From Candidatus Sericytochromatia bacterium (GTDB lineage Bacteria; Cyanobacteriota; Sericytochromatia; UBA7694): a stretch of DNA of 64,000 nucleotides. The notes under the pieces were generated by a model that saw nothing but the letters and a program-made list of their open reading frames with translations, was not told the origin of the DNA and did not search any database. Location: assembly GCA_963797915.1 (NCBI GenBank), contig CAWCRG010000017.1:171074-235073 (forward strand). Reading direction: 5' to 3'. Positions 1 to 10,558 of the stretch are shown here, one piece after another (the stretch's first letter is position 1; each line of letters opens with the position of its first letter). The translations under genes and the position numbers were made by a program.

Positions 1-359
1 CGACAAACCATTACGATACTTTATTTGGGGGCACTGCACTTCAGTGGATGGACGAAGTCGCCGCCATTGCTTCTATCCGGTTTTCTCGCCAGCAAACGGT
101 AACGGTTTCTCTGGATAAAATTGATTTTCAAAATCCGATTCCGTCGGGTTGTATTGTGGAGCTTGTGGCGCGTGTGATTGAGGTGGGTCGCACCAGTATG
201 AAAGTGCGCGTCAATGTCTACAAAGAACTCAGAGACCATGATGCGCGTGAAAAAGCAATCACGGGTGTTTTTACCTTTGTGGCCATCAACTCTCAAAAGC
301 AGCCGATACGTATTGAATGGGATCGTCCCCTGCCTGACGATCTGCCCGAGTTGGTCTAA
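1..359 (+). CDS. acyl-CoA thioesterase, hotdog fold (YciA-like); 5' partial, gene starts upstream of the window
   Basis: The reading frame is open from the window edge. The translation ...GGTALQWMDEVAAIASIRFS... matches the YciA 'FGG.L..W.D' motif region. The stop overlaps the next start (TAATG). Confidence 0.6.
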   Translation, partial: TNHYDTLFGGTALQWMDEVAAIASIRFSRQQTVTVSLDKIDFQNPIPSGCIVELVARVIEVGRTSMKVRVNVYKELRDHDAREKAITGVFTFVAINSQKQPIRIEWDRPLPDDLPELV

Positions 360-2277
360 TGCATCGCCTGGTTCAGGGGCGGGAGTGTTTTAAAAAAGGG
401 CTCTGGGAAGAAGCGCTGTCCTGTGTTGAAGATGCTTTAATTGAAAGCCCTCAAAATGCCGAAGCCCATGCCTTTGCTGCACAGATTTATAGGCAACAGG
501 GGTTTAATGCGCTTTCGCGTAAGCATTTGGAAGCGGCCCATGCTTTTGCGCCTGAAGAAGTCGGCTACGCCCTGGCACTCATTGATGATTACTTGCACGT
601 CGGTGACGCGAACTCTGCGCTGATCCACTTGCAGCCCTTGTTGGCTCAGTCTGCAGACGCCTTCGACCAGATTGCAGATAGCTCTATCGAGCGGTCTACT
701 TATGTGGCCAATGTTTTGGCGCGTCTGGGGCAAAGTTTCTTTTTTTGGGGAAGTGGCAAGACGCCCTTCAGGCCTTTTTAGAAGTGCTTTCCCAGCCTGT
801 GCGAGAGGTCTCTACTTATACGGCTCTGATCTATGCCCTTGAAATCACTTTTCGTCAGCAACACTACAACCAGGCCACACTGATTCTGCAGAGCTTGTCT
901 ATTGAAAATATGTCTGTGGGCTTCAGCTCGCTCTGGAAAACCCTCTGGGCCAGGGTGTGCTATTGGCAAGGTGATTTTGTACAGGCACGCCACCATTGGC
1001 AGCAGGTTTTAGACCAGGACTTCAATGAGCAGGCCTTTAATGCTTTGCACTTATTACCGCCTCCCGTGGCTCAAAGTTTAGCGGAGTCTGAGAAATGGGA
1101 GCAACTGCTCCAGCAGACGGTGGATTTATTCCCTGAGCGTCCCGTGTTGACGGTTCTGGAGGGGCAGTCTTTATTTAATCCCTTTGATTTTGCCCTAAAG
1201 CACACCGAGCAGGAGCGTTACCGCTTAAGGCTTTTGGGAGACTGGTACCTGCGACATTTTCCCTCAGCGCCTGATGACGGGGGAGATCGAGACAAAAAAA
1301 CCTCGGTTTTACCTGCGCGCCGTCATATCGGTGTGATAACTGATTTTTTATCCGTGCATTTTTGTGCCACCGTTTTGCCCTGGTTACATTACTATCGCCA
1401 ACATGGAGACTATCGCCTCACTTTATTTTATAGCGCCGGTGAGATCCCCTCTATTTTAGAGCCCTTTAAAGATTTACTCTACCAATTGTCGCTATCAGTA
1501 CCTCAGGCTTTAACGCAATTAAACAGTTTAGATCTTACCACCCTGCTCTATACCCAACTCAAAGGGGAGTTGTACCGTTTGGCAATGACTCCCCCGAGGG
1601 GAGTTCAACAGTATTTGTACCCCTTGAATCAATACGACAGTGGTTTAGGTACTTTGAGTCAAAAATTGGTGGAGCGCTTCTGTGAGGCGGGGATCTATTT
1701 CTCAGCGGATTGCGCCCCTGCCATGACACCGCTTTCTCGCCGGGGCGTGGGGCTGCCCACTCTGGGAAACCTCTATTTTTTTAGTGTGACGCCGGTGGAC
1801 TGGTCACCGGCAATGGATGCGCTGGCAGAAGCGATTTTAACTCAGGATCGCAAGGCCTTTATTGTAGCGCTAAAGGTTCCCGAAAGCACCATGCATGTGC
1901 GCATTCAGCAGCGTCATGAGCAAAGTATTCGGCGTTTTCACCGCATTCGCTGGGTGGATACAGATGCCCTTGCGCTTATTGCTCTGGTGGACAGTGTGGT
2001 GGGGACTTCAGTTCCCGACAGTGAGTTTATTCTCTGGCAGGCGCTCTGTCAACACAAGAACGTGGGCTATTTTGATCAGGGGATGCAAACCCCCTTATTG
2101 CAGAAGCTTTCTCACGAGAAGTACCCCTGGGTGCAAAGAAGTGCGCTTTCGCTTGCGGATATTTTAACAGAAAGCGTCAGACATGTTAGACTTGAAGGCA
2201 CGTCTTTTCAGGCTTTGTCAGTTGCTGACCTCGAAGCCTGGGAGTCTATTTTATTGTCATTGGAAGAGCCATTATGA
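359..2277 (+). pseudogene. TPR-repeat + GT41 (O-GlcNAc transferase-like) glycosyltransferase, split into two frames (359-781 and 745-2277) by an apparent -1 indel in a T7 run at about 730
   Basis: The N-terminus has TPR-like helices. The C-terminal 510-aa frame has the GT41 catalytic-domain pattern (RRHIGVITDFLSVHFCATVLPW...). The two frames fuse if the T7 homopolymer 'tttcttttttt' is read as T8. This could be a sequencing error or a phase-variable tract. Confidence 0.5.
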
Positions 2278-3314
2278 AAGAAAACAGTCCTGAAATTCAA
2301 GCCATTTTAGATTTGCAAAGAGCCGGGAAGTCTGAAGAGGCGCGTACTACCTTAGATGCCCTGGTGGCCAAAGATCCCAATAATGGTGAAGCCGTTCATG
2401 TTCAGGGTATTATGGCTTATCAAGCACGCAATTATGAAGACGCGCTAAAATATATGGAAAAGTCGATCACTTTAGATCCCAAACCCTCTTTTTATAGTAA
2501 CTTAGGCAATGTTTATGCAGACCTTAGGCAGTTTGCGAAAGCAAAAGCGACCTACCAAAATGCGCTACGCCTTGATCCAAGTTTAACGGCAGTCTATGGT
2601 AATATCGGCAATATGTATCGGGCACAAAATAATCCTGAGCAGGCGATCTTTCAGTATCTGAAGGGGCTGCGCATTGACCCTAAAAATGTAGAAATTCATC
2701 TGCATATGGCCAGTCTTTTCTTTGATCTTAAGCGCTACCCTCAGGCTATTGAAAGTTACCATAAAGCATTAGAAATTGCGCCGAACCGCCTTGAGGCACT
2801 CAATAATTTAGGCAGCATTTATCACCAACAGGGCAATGCTGAACAAGCCATTACCTATTATGAAAAAGCGATTGGCATTGCGCCTGATTTTGTGGCGGGT
2901 TTGTTTAACCTGGCCAATCTTAAGCGCGAGCAGCGGGACCTCGAAGGGGCCAAAACGCTCTATGAGCAAGTGCGAACGCATCACCCTGATCTGGTGGAAG
3001 CCAGTTTGCAATTGGCGCAAATTTTGGACTTTGAGGGCAACCCTGAAGCTGCAGAAGCGCTGTATAAAGAAGTGCTTGAAAAACAACCGCGGGAAGAAAT
3101 TTACCTCTTACTGGGAGACCGCGCTGCGCAAAAGAATAACCTAACAGAAGCCATGGGTTACTTTCAAAAAGCCCACGAGGTAAACCCCAACAATCCCGAT
3201 ACCTGTTACAACATGGGAACGATTCTCAAGCAGCAGGGCGATTCAAACGGGGCTGCATACTTTTTAAACCAGGCCTTACAACTGCAGGATTATCAGTCTC
3301 AATCTCAAAACTAA
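2274..3314 (+). CDS. TPR repeat protein
   Basis: There are 8 or more canonical 34-aa TPR units (e.g. AVYGNIGNMYRAQNNPEQAIFQYLKGLRIDP). The ATGA overlap with the upstream gene suggests translational coupling. Confidence 0.7.
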   Translation: MKENSPEIQAILDLQRAGKSEEARTTLDALVAKDPNNGEAVHVQGIMAYQARNYEDALKYMEKSITLDPKPSFYSNLGNVYADLRQFAKAKATYQNALRLDPSLTAVYGNIGNMYRAQNNPEQAIFQYLKGLRIDPKNVEIHLHMASLFFDLKRYPQAIESYHKALEIAPNRLEALNNLGSIYHQQGNAEQAITYYEKAIGIAPDFVAGLFNLANLKREQRDLEGAKTLYEQVRTHHPDLVEASLQLAQILDFEGNPEAAEALYKEVLEKQPREEIYLLLGDRAAQKNNLTEAMGYFQKAHEVNPNNPDTCYNMGTILKQQGDSNGAAYFLNQALQLQDYQSQSQN

Positions 3315-3365
3315 GTTTTGTCTTGATAACGATCCCTGCGCTTCTTTGCTTTTAAGTCTTACCGC

Positions 3366-4487
3366 TTAAGGGCTTGAGGAGCTCAGGGATTGCTTTTTTT
3401 TCAAAACATTGGGCAGGTGACGCCAGTACACCAGCGGGAGAACGCCCAACGCAGCCACAATTAAGGCGCCTTTTATGCCTAATCCTGCACAGACGGCTCC
3501 AATCACCATTCCAGGATCAGACAAACTGTTAAAAAGAGCAAACTCTCGCCCGGAGCGAATTTTTTGGGTGAAGTTGAGGAAGGCGATAAAGAGCAGGTAG
3601 GCTTGTAAAACCGCTGCGATAATTAAAAAGGGTCCCCACTTGAGCGTGAAAAATAATACCAGTGAAATCGCAATACTCAGGGGAATGACGATTTCCAGCG
3701 CCCGGGGGTTAAAATACTTAATGGTTTTGGCCCCGAGCTGTTGCCCACCGGCAAAAATGAAGGCCAACATTAAGGTGAGCAGTGTAATGGTGTCTATCCG
3801 ACCGATTTGCCAGTGAAAGTAAACGGTGGCGTAGCTGGTTAAAAAGGTAAGCAAAAATCCATAAAAACACTTGCCGTAAAATAGGGAGTAAAACTTATCA
3901 AACCAGTTCATGCTTCCAAAAAGCTTGCTGAGTTTGAGCTCTGATTCAGGGACGGGCTCAAAATTGGGGAGTAAAGGAATAATGGCCAGATTAACAAAAA
4001 TAAACAGCAGACCAGAGAACAACAGAAAAGATTGAATTTCAAAGTGCAGCAGGGTAATTTTAACAAACACCGGCCCCAGTACGTAACCTAAAGCATAGAC
4101 GGCGTTGTAACGCACAATTTTGGTTTTGTTTTCGATGTTGTTGGGTGCCAGAATGAGGTGGGTAAAGAGCAGGGGGGTCGCGAGACCGGCGGCAAGTCCT
4201 TCCCATCCCCGGCCAAAAGTCAGTATCCATTGCCCCGAGAAAAAGCCCATATAGATCAAAGAGCACCCAAACAGAATTTCATACACGGCAAAAAGAGCCC
4301 GGTGCTGACTGAGCTTGCCTACCCAGTAAATCATTAACTGACCGACCAGTAAGCCAATAAAGTAAAGGGCAAAAGGCCAGCTGGCCTGATCGCCTAGCTT
4401 ATCGTGCAAAATGGGAATAAATCCACTGGCAAAGACACCGTGCAAAAGTGAGATAAGTAGGATCAGATTAAAAAGCGGGTATTTCAT
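3366..4487 (-). CDS. MFS-type transporter (12 TM)
   Basis: The protein is multi-pass hydrophobic with a GRGWEGLAAGLATP-like MFS loop motif. The ATGA overlap with the upstream DUF2339-like gene indicates an operon. Confidence 0.55.
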   Translation of the reverse strand: MKYPLFNLILLISLLHGVFASGFIPILHDKLGDQASWPFALYFIGLLVGQLMIYWVGKLSQHRALFAVYEILFGCSLIYMGFFSGQWILTFGRGWEGLAAGLATPLLFTHLILAPNNIENKTKIVRYNAVYALGYVLGPVFVKITLLHFEIQSFLLFSGLLFIFVNLAIIPLLPNFEPVPESELKLSKLFGSMNWFDKFYSLFYGKCFYGFLLTFLTSYATVYFHWQIGRIDTITLLTLMLAFIFAGGQQLGAKTIKYFNPRALEIVIPLSIAISLVLFFTLKWGPFLIIAAVLQAYLLFIAFLNFTQKIRSGREFALFNSLSDPGMVIGAVCAGLGIKGALIVAALGVLPLVYWRHLPNVLKKKQSLSSSSP

Positions 4488-6313
4488 GCATGTTCCTTTA
4501 CATGTTCTTCATAGCGGATGTAAACCCAGGCCAAAGCCATGAGTACACTGCCAAGAACAAACAGTGAGATAATTCTTAACCCCATGCTTAAATACTGCAA
4601 ATCAGAGATCAGTAACTTAAGACCTGCACAGGCTAAAATAGCCAACCCCTGATAGCGTACCACCGATTCTCTTAGCCAGAAACCGGATACTACAAAAAGA
4701 GCGCCCAATATCGCCCAGGTGGTCGTTAGGCTGTCCATAGGCAGCAAGGCATAGCTATAAAGAACAACAGCCAGCGTGTTGGGCCAGAGCCATGTGTGCT
4801 GGAGCGCGCTTTTCATCAGTGGTTTTCTCCACAAAAAACCCGCAAAGAGCAGCAGGGTCAAGAGTCCGTCTCGTAAAGGTGAGAGGCGATCGTAATGCTT
4901 GATATAGAGCACCAGAATGCTGTTGATATGAAACATCCAGGCGATACCCCAGTAATGGCTGGTGCTTTGTGCTTGCCAGTACTGCCATGACAGCGGCAGT
5001 TTGATATGAAAAAGAAAAAAAAGAGAAAGTCCCATCAGGCAAATAGCGGTGTAAGGGGTGTGGGTTAACAGGTACACAGCCCCGAGTAGACAACTTGCAC
5101 TCAAACTGTCATAGAGTTTCCATAATACCGCAGGGCCCGTTTTGTGTTGCTGCAGAAAGCGGGCACACCCATAGAGCACCAGAGCGGTAAGCCCCAGGAA
5201 GAAGCCCTGGAAGCGGTCGCTGCTTTCCATGAGGCAAAGATAAAAACCGATGGGTAAACTCAGGCCGAGTACGCCATGGTACGCCGCACTGAGCTTGTGT
5301 TGACGCTGGGCACCATAAATGAGACCCAGGGCTATCAGGGTGTAGAAACTATGTATCCACCACAGATAGGGAGCCCCTTGGTTATACAAGAGCGAGAAAA
5401 CCCCCAGATACCCTCCAATATTAACCATGCCCGTTAGTATCTCGGGCGCGGTCTGATCGTTTTGGCGTTGGTTTAGCCACAGTCCCGCGATACCGTAGAG
5501 CAGGACATATAAGAGCAGAACGCTGTGCGTTCCCCAGGTCAGCCCCGGATTAGCGTAGCTCCAGACGCCCTGAAGTACCCAGGAGCCCAGCACGCCCATA
5601 CGCAAGAGTAAATGCCAGCGGGTTTTAAACACCACACCCAAAAGGCCCAAAGACAAAAAGAGATTGTAAAACAGAGTGAGCCCAGAGAAAGAGGTGCTTA
5701 AAACAGAGGTGAAAAAACCCAGTACAAAGGCTCTGCTTGCTAAGGTTTGGGATTTTCGATACAGGGAAAGGGCAATGGCACCGGCAACAATGAGCATGAG
5801 CAAGATGGCGTCGGCAAAGGCGTTGAGGTGGGTGACCTCTTGAAAGTACGCAAAATGATAACTGGCATAAGCCAAAAAGTAAAAGAGGGCAATGCCCGCG
5901 CCCATCAGGGCATGGGCCCAGCTCTGATAGCGTGTATAACGCAGGGCAACGGTGTTTCCCGTGACCAGTAAGCTCACGCCGAGTAATAAACCACTCAGGA
6001 GGACAGACCAGGGGCCGAGCCAACCTTCAAGATAGGCATAACGTATAAACAGGCCGGCCCCACTTAAAAAAGCGAACACACCTAGCCAGGCAAAGCCCTG
6101 TACGCCCAGCAGTTGTTCCCAGGCGTAGGGCTGAGATTGCTTCGGCGTGGATTGAGCCACCGGATTAGAGGCCCGTGGTGCTTTTTTTGTCGCCTTCTGT
6201 TCAAGTTTTTCTACGCGCAGTTGGAGTTGCTTTTGCGCTTGCAAAAGCCCTTCATAAGCGGCTTGAAGGGCGTGTATTGATGGGGGATCTCCCTCAGGAG
6301 GTAAGGCATTCAT
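4484..6313 (-). CDS. large polytopic membrane protein with N-terminal coiled coil (DUF2339-like)
   Basis: The N-terminus has a Q/L/E-rich coiled coil followed by a Pro/Ser linker. More than 14 predicted TM helices follow. This architecture is typical of the DUF2339 family; the family assignment is from memory of that architecture, not from an alignment. Confidence 0.4.
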   Translation of the reverse strand: MNALPPEGDPPSIHALQAAYEGLLQAQKQLQLRVEKLEQKATKKAPRASNPVAQSTPKQSQPYAWEQLLGVQGFAWLGVFAFLSGAGLFIRYAYLEGWLGPWSVLLSGLLLGVSLLVTGNTVALRYTRYQSWAHALMGAGIALFYFLAYASYHFAYFQEVTHLNAFADAILLMLIVAGAIALSLYRKSQTLASRAFVLGFFTSVLSTSFSGLTLFYNLFLSLGLLGVVFKTRWHLLLRMGVLGSWVLQGVWSYANPGLTWGTHSVLLLYVLLYGIAGLWLNQRQNDQTAPEILTGMVNIGGYLGVFSLLYNQGAPYLWWIHSFYTLIALGLIYGAQRQHKLSAAYHGVLGLSLPIGFYLCLMESSDRFQGFFLGLTALVLYGCARFLQQHKTGPAVLWKLYDSLSASCLLGAVYLLTHTPYTAICLMGLSLFFLFHIKLPLSWQYWQAQSTSHYWGIAWMFHINSILVLYIKHYDRLSPLRDGLLTLLLFAGFLWRKPLMKSALQHTWLWPNTLAVVLYSYALLPMDSLTTTWAILGALFVVSGFWLRESVVRYQGLAILACAGLKLLISDLQYLSMGLRIISLFVLGSVLMALAWVYIRYEEHVKEHA

Positions 6314-6328
6314 AAGCTTTAGTTTAGC

Positions 6329-6338
6329 ATGCTATAAT
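6329..6338 (+). promoter_or_regulatory. sigma70 extended -10 (TGcTATAAT) for the 6367 gene
   Basis: TGcTATAAT lies 29 nt upstream of the ATG. An AGGAG RBS sits at 6355-6359. Confidence 0.4.
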
Positions 6339-6366
6339 TTGTCTACAAATTCACAGGAGTTCTTCC

Positions 6367-7236
6367 ATGTTAAAATCGGTCACCCGTATTGTTTTGAGTC
6401 TGACTTGTGTCTGCACAAGCGCAATGACAGCCTATGTTTCAGCCGGATATGCTGCCGATGCCACTGATATGAAGGTTCAGCGCGTAACCGAAACGCACGG
6501 GAATGTAACGATTGACTGGTCTGAAGGTGTGGTGCGGGTCATTGGGGTGGGAACACCTCCTGATCGTGGAACCCTTTCTCAAAAACAGCTGATGGCTGAA
6601 CGCTCCGCCACTGCGGATGCCTATCGTCAACTGGCTGAGGCCCTTGGTAATATTCGGGTGAACTCTGAAACCATTGTGCGAGACTATACTGCTGAAAGCG
6701 ATACCCTTGAAAGTTATTTGCAAGCCCTGATCAAGGGTGCGCCAAAGCTAGACCAGCGGTATTTAGACGATGGCACGATTGAGGTTGAAATGGCTGTTAA
6801 GCTTTACGCAACCAAGGGCTTAAGCGGTATTTTACAACCCCAAAAACATATTACCCCCCCCCTGCCGGTGACCGAAAAGCCCGATGCCAACCCTGGCGAT
6901 TACTCCGGCGTGATTATCGATTGCCGTGGTCTGGGGTTAGAGCCTGCCATGAGCCCGGCCGTCATGAGCCAAACCGGGGGGGAGGTCTATCTGGGGACTG
7001 TTCAAGTAGAGCCTGACTTTGTGATCACCCAGGGGATTGTGGGCTATGCCTACTCTCTGGCCCAGGCTCGCCAAAATGTGCGGGTGGGAGCCAAGCCGTT
7101 GATTATTAAAGGTCTGAGTGCTACTGGAAGTTTTCGTACAGATGTTGTGATCGCCAAGGAAGATGTGCGGCGTTTGCTGGGATTAGACGCCAGCAAAAAT
7201 GTTCTGCGCCAGGCTCGCGTTATTCTGGTAAAGTAA
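6367..7236 (+). CDS. secreted/periplasmic hypothetical protein (signal peptide)
   Basis: The N-terminus has a signal peptide (LSLTCVCTSAMTAYVSAGYA). I recognise no catalytic motif. Confidence 0.4.
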   Translation: MLKSVTRIVLSLTCVCTSAMTAYVSAGYAADATDMKVQRVTETHGNVTIDWSEGVVRVIGVGTPPDRGTLSQKQLMAERSATADAYRQLAEALGNIRVNSETIVRDYTAESDTLESYLQALIKGAPKLDQRYLDDGTIEVEMAVKLYATKGLSGILQPQKHITPPLPVTEKPDANPGDYSGVIIDCRGLGLEPAMSPAVMSQTGGEVYLGTVQVEPDFVITQGIVGYAYSLAQARQNVRVGAKPLIIKGLSATGSFRTDVVIAKEDVRRLLGLDASKNVLRQARVILVK

Positions 7237-7561
7237 GCCCTTTAAGCTCCAGCGTTCTCACATTTTGAATGCAAAACCCTGGGGCAATTTCAGTATAGGC
7301 AATGACCGGTGTGTGAGGAGCTGCGCGCTCAATGAGAAGGCGCAGCTCTCGACGAATGCGAGAGTCACACAAAATAGCTACCCGTTGAAACCCTTCGGCC
7401 CTGGCATAGGCAAGCGTTTCAGATAATACCTCAAAAAACTGAGCCAGCAGGTTCGGTGCTAGAATTAAGCGCGAACCCGCTGGTGTGTCTTGCAACGACT
7501 GAATGAGCGCTTTTTCTAACGCTGTAGACAAGGTCATCACATTCAGTGCGTTGGTGCACAT
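7220..7561 (-). CDS. hypothetical protein translationally coupled to thiolase
   Basis: The start ATG immediately follows the thiolase TAA (TAAATG). I have no family assignment. Confidence 0.3.
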   Translation of the reverse strand: MCTNALNVMTLSTALEKALIQSLQDTPAGSRLILAPNLLAQFFEVLSETLAYARAEGFQRVAILCDSRIRRELRLLIERAAPHTPVIAYTEIAPGFCIQNVRTLELKGLTLPE

Positions 7562-8752
7562 TTAGATCGTTAGGTTTTCGATAATAATGGCATCACCCTG
7601 TGCGCCGCCACTACAAATACCCGCTGCGCCAAAGCGTTTTCCCCGTGCAATCAGTTCGTGGGCGAGGGTCGCCACCAGACGGGCGCCACTGGCTCCCACG
7701 GGGTGACCCATTGCAATGGCTCCGCCGTTGACATTCACAATATCGGGGCTGACCTCCAGCATTTTCGTGCTGAGTAGGGTGACCGCAGCAAAGGCTTCAT
7801 TGATTTCGATCAGATCCAGTTGATCGGTGGTCATATGCGCTTTTTGTAGGGCGGTTTTGATGGCGTTGGCAGGGGTGCGGGCCAGATAAGGATAGTCGTC
7901 AGCGACTTCACCATAAGACACAATGCGTGCCAGCGGTTTGAGACCCAGTGCTTTGGCTTTGTCTGCGGACATCACGAGCAAAGCTGCGGCCCCATCGTTA
8001 ATGCCCGGAGCATTTCCGGCGGTAATGCTTCCTTCTTTATCAAAGACGGGGCGCAGTTTTGCCAGCTTCTCCAGAGAGGTGTCCGCGCGTACAGCCTCAT
8101 CCTGAGTGACGGCGACGGGATCCCCTTTGCGTTGAGGAACGTGAACGGGAGTGATTTCAGCGGCCATGCGCCCTGATGCAATGGCTTTTGCTGCCAATTC
8201 ATGGCTACGAAGGGCCCATTCATCTTGAGCTTCGCGGCTGATGTCGTATTCTTTGGCCACATTCGAACCATGAATAATCATATGCACATCATGAAAAGCG
8301 CACCATAAACCGTCGTGGATCATAGAGTCTACCAGTTCGGCATCTCCCATACGCATACCCCAGCGGGCTTTGGGCATAAGATAAGGTGTGTTGCTCATGC
8401 TCTCCATGCCCCCGGCGACCATAATCTCACGATCACCGAGACGAATCGCCTGGGCAGCGAGGCCCACGGCCTTCATGCCGGAGGCACAGACTTTATTAAT
8501 GGTGGTGGATTTGACCTGAGAACCCAGACCTGCACTGGCTGCAGCCTGTCGGGATGGAATTTGACCCGCACCCGCATTGACGACGATGCCCATGATGACT
8601 TCATCGAGATTATCGCTATTTACCGGGGTATCTTTGAGCACTGATTGAATGACGTGACCGCCCAGATCCACCGCGCTGACATCGGCGAGGGACCCTCCAA
8701 ATTTTCCGAAGGGGGTTCTTAGTGCTTGAACAATAACAACTTCTTGAGACAT
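7562..8752 (-). CDS. acetyl-CoA C-acetyltransferase (thiolase II)
   Basis: The full-length thiolase signature is present. It includes the N-terminal catalytic Cys region (VNKVCASGMKAV) and the C-terminal GHPVGASGARLV...CSGGAQGDAIIIE motifs. Confidence 0.9.
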   Translation of the reverse strand: MSQEVVIVQALRTPFGKFGGSLADVSAVDLGGHVIQSVLKDTPVNSDNLDEVIMGIVVNAGAGQIPSRQAAASAGLGSQVKSTTINKVCASGMKAVGLAAQAIRLGDREIMVAGGMESMSNTPYLMPKARWGMRMGDAELVDSMIHDGLWCAFHDVHMIIHGSNVAKEYDISREAQDEWALRSHELAAKAIASGRMAAEITPVHVPQRKGDPVAVTQDEAVRADTSLEKLAKLRPVFDKEGSITAGNAPGINDGAAALLVMSADKAKALGLKPLARIVSYGEVADDYPYLARTPANAIKTALQKAHMTTDQLDLIEINEAFAAVTLLSTKMLEVSPDIVNVNGGAIAMGHPVGASGARLVATLAHELIARGKRFGAAGICSGGAQGDAIIIENLTI

Positions 8753-8792
8753 AGGGTAAAGACCTCTCTTTTTTTATCAGTGTAACGCAAGA

Positions 8793-9254
8793 TTATATTC
8801 TTCCGCCGCCTAAAAACTGAAAGAAGCTGCGCATGATTTCGGTAAATGCCCAGCAAACGCTCATTAAAATAAAAGCAGGAACGTTCATTAGCGCGCCCCG
8901 CAGGGCAATCATCACCAAATTGTGTTTTTGTTCAGGATAACGAAAATAGTACCAGCCGCCCAGGAAAACGGCGTCGGCTATAATTGAAAAGAAAGAGATT
9001 TTGACGATTTCATTGGGCCAGGTGACCAGCATTTTTTTGAAAAACTGGGTCATGGTGCCGGTGGCTTCTAAGCGGGACAGCACCGGACCAAAAACAAAGA
9101 CAATGAGCACCAGCGTGAGTAAGTTAACAGCCACTACATCGCCGATAGTTTGGTTGAAGTTCCCTTTGTATTCGTCCTCTAAGAGTTGATGTAAGAGCAT
9201 GACCTCAAAAAAAACGAGGCCTCCATAAACCAAAAATAGCAGGAAAGCACCCAC
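8793..9254 (-). CDS. small integral membrane protein, hypothetical
   Basis: About 4 TM helices and no recognised motif. Confidence 0.35.
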   Translation of the reverse strand: MGAFLLFLVYGGLVFFEVMLLHQLLEDEYKGNFNQTIGDVVAVNLLTLVLIVFVFGPVLSRLEATGTMTQFFKKMLVTWPNEIVKISFFSIIADAVFLGGWYYFRYPEQKHNLVMIALRGALMNVPAFILMSVCWAFTEIMRSFFQFLGGGRI

Positions 9255-9259
9255 TTGCT

Positions 9260-9931
9260 TTAGTTTCCTTCGGTAAGAGACAGCGCTTCGCTAACGGCGA
9301 GGGCCTTGGCTTGAAGGGCTTCGGGCTCCAGGGAAAACACCTTTAACTGTAAGCGGTATAAGTGATTGCCCTTTGCGAACAGGAGCACCCGGGCTTGCTT
9401 GTCCCAGGCAGCGGTCTCACTTATTTTTTCAAAACCGAGACCTTTCAGAGGATCGGGACTGCCGAACTTTGGCTCCGGGCCGTTACGGGTAATCTTTTGT
9501 AAGGCAGCAACGGCTGCTGCCGCGCTACTGGTGGTTTGATATTGTTCTAAGACCACCTGATTCCACAGCGGCGTTGTGCTGGTGTCTTTTCCTGCACCTT
9601 GCTTAAGCGAGGCTGCATTGGCTGCTTGAAGTTGGGCTTGATCTTCTCTTGCCCAGGAGTAGTCACAGCGTCCCGGAAGCTGGCTTCGTTGCTCTAGCAT
9701 GGGCGTGGATTCAAAGATTTGCGTCATGCTGGTGGGGTTAAGGGGGCAACTCCAGAGGGGCAGTGCCATACTCCAGAGTAGGGCACCACACAAGCCAGAG
9801 CAAAGCATTTGAGCTTGTTTTAACATAGAGAAATCCTTTTTTACAGCAGACAGAGGCATTGTCTGGAGATCTAAGCTCAGTATAGCACCCGGCCTCTGGC
9901 AAGACTGTAAACTCCTCCGCTTCGTTCCCAC
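9260..9931 (-). CDS. secreted hypothetical protein (true start probably at internal MLKQAQML... signal peptide)
   Basis: An internal signal-peptide-like stretch is present (LCSGLCGALLWSMALPLWSC). The C-terminal part is Ala/Gln-rich. Confidence 0.3.
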   Translation of the reverse strand: MGTKRRSLQSCQRPGAILSLDLQTMPLSAVKKDFSMLKQAQMLCSGLCGALLWSMALPLWSCPLNPTSMTQIFESTPMLEQRSQLPGRCDYSWAREDQAQLQAANAASLKQGAGKDTSTTPLWNQVVLEQYQTTSSAAAAVAALQKITRNGPEPKFGSPDPLKGLGFEKISETAAWDKQARVLLFAKGNHLYRLQLKVFSLEPEALQAKALAVSEALSLTEGN

Positions 9932-10462
9932 TTATTCCAGCAACAAAGATCCCGATACAATATGAAGGACGCCATTACTGGCATTAATATCGGTAGTCAC
10001 CAGTGGAAAGTTATTAATAAGAAACTCGTTTTTGTCGTTAGTCAACAAAACCTCTCGCGTGGATAGGGATCGAATCGCATCGGTTTTCTTTAAAAAATCA
10101 CTGGTCATTTTTCCTGGGAAAACGTGAGACATAATAAATGCTTTACGGTACTGGGTGTCTTCCTTTAATAACTTCTGTGTCTTGTCAGGTAAGTTGGTAA
10201 TCGCTGCATTAATGGGTGCGAAGACCGTAAAAGCTCCCTGGGCGTTGAGAATACTTTCTAGCTTTGCCCGATGTACCAGGTCTCGAAACCGGGTTAAACG
10301 ACGATCGTTTAGAATTATGGTGCCCATGGGCTGTAGACTAATGTCTTCTGCCGCTGCGATTTTAAAATCAGGGGGTGCTGACGATGGTGTTTGTGCGAGG
10401 CCGGGTGTGGCTGAAAGCACGAGTATGCAAGTGGTGAGGGTAAAGTGATGGTTTAATTTCAT
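9932..10462 (-). CDS. fasciclin (FAS1) domain protein, secreted
   Basis: A signal peptide is followed by FAS1 motifs (FTVFAPINAAI ... NGVLHIVSGSLL). Confidence 0.7.
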   Translation of the reverse strand: MKLNHHFTLTTCILVLSATPGLAQTPSSAPPDFKIAAAEDISLQPMGTIILNDRRLTRFRDLVHRAKLESILNAQGAFTVFAPINAAITNLPDKTQKLLKEDTQYRKAFIMSHVFPGKMTSDFLKKTDAIRSLSTREVLLTNDKNEFLINNFPLVTTDINASNGVLHIVSGSLLLE

Positions 10463-10558
10463 CGGGAGAGTTCCTTTGTGTTTAGCGTTAGGTACTCTTT
10501 CACCCTATCGGTTTTTTCTCAAATAAAAAAGACTTCAAAAGGCCTTTTTACAGTCCTT

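Noticed and set aside
10463-10558. AAAAGGCCTTTT palindrome downstream of the TylF-like gene as a terminator
   Set aside because: The stem is only 4-6 bp and AT-rich. It is too weak to call an intrinsic terminator with confidence.
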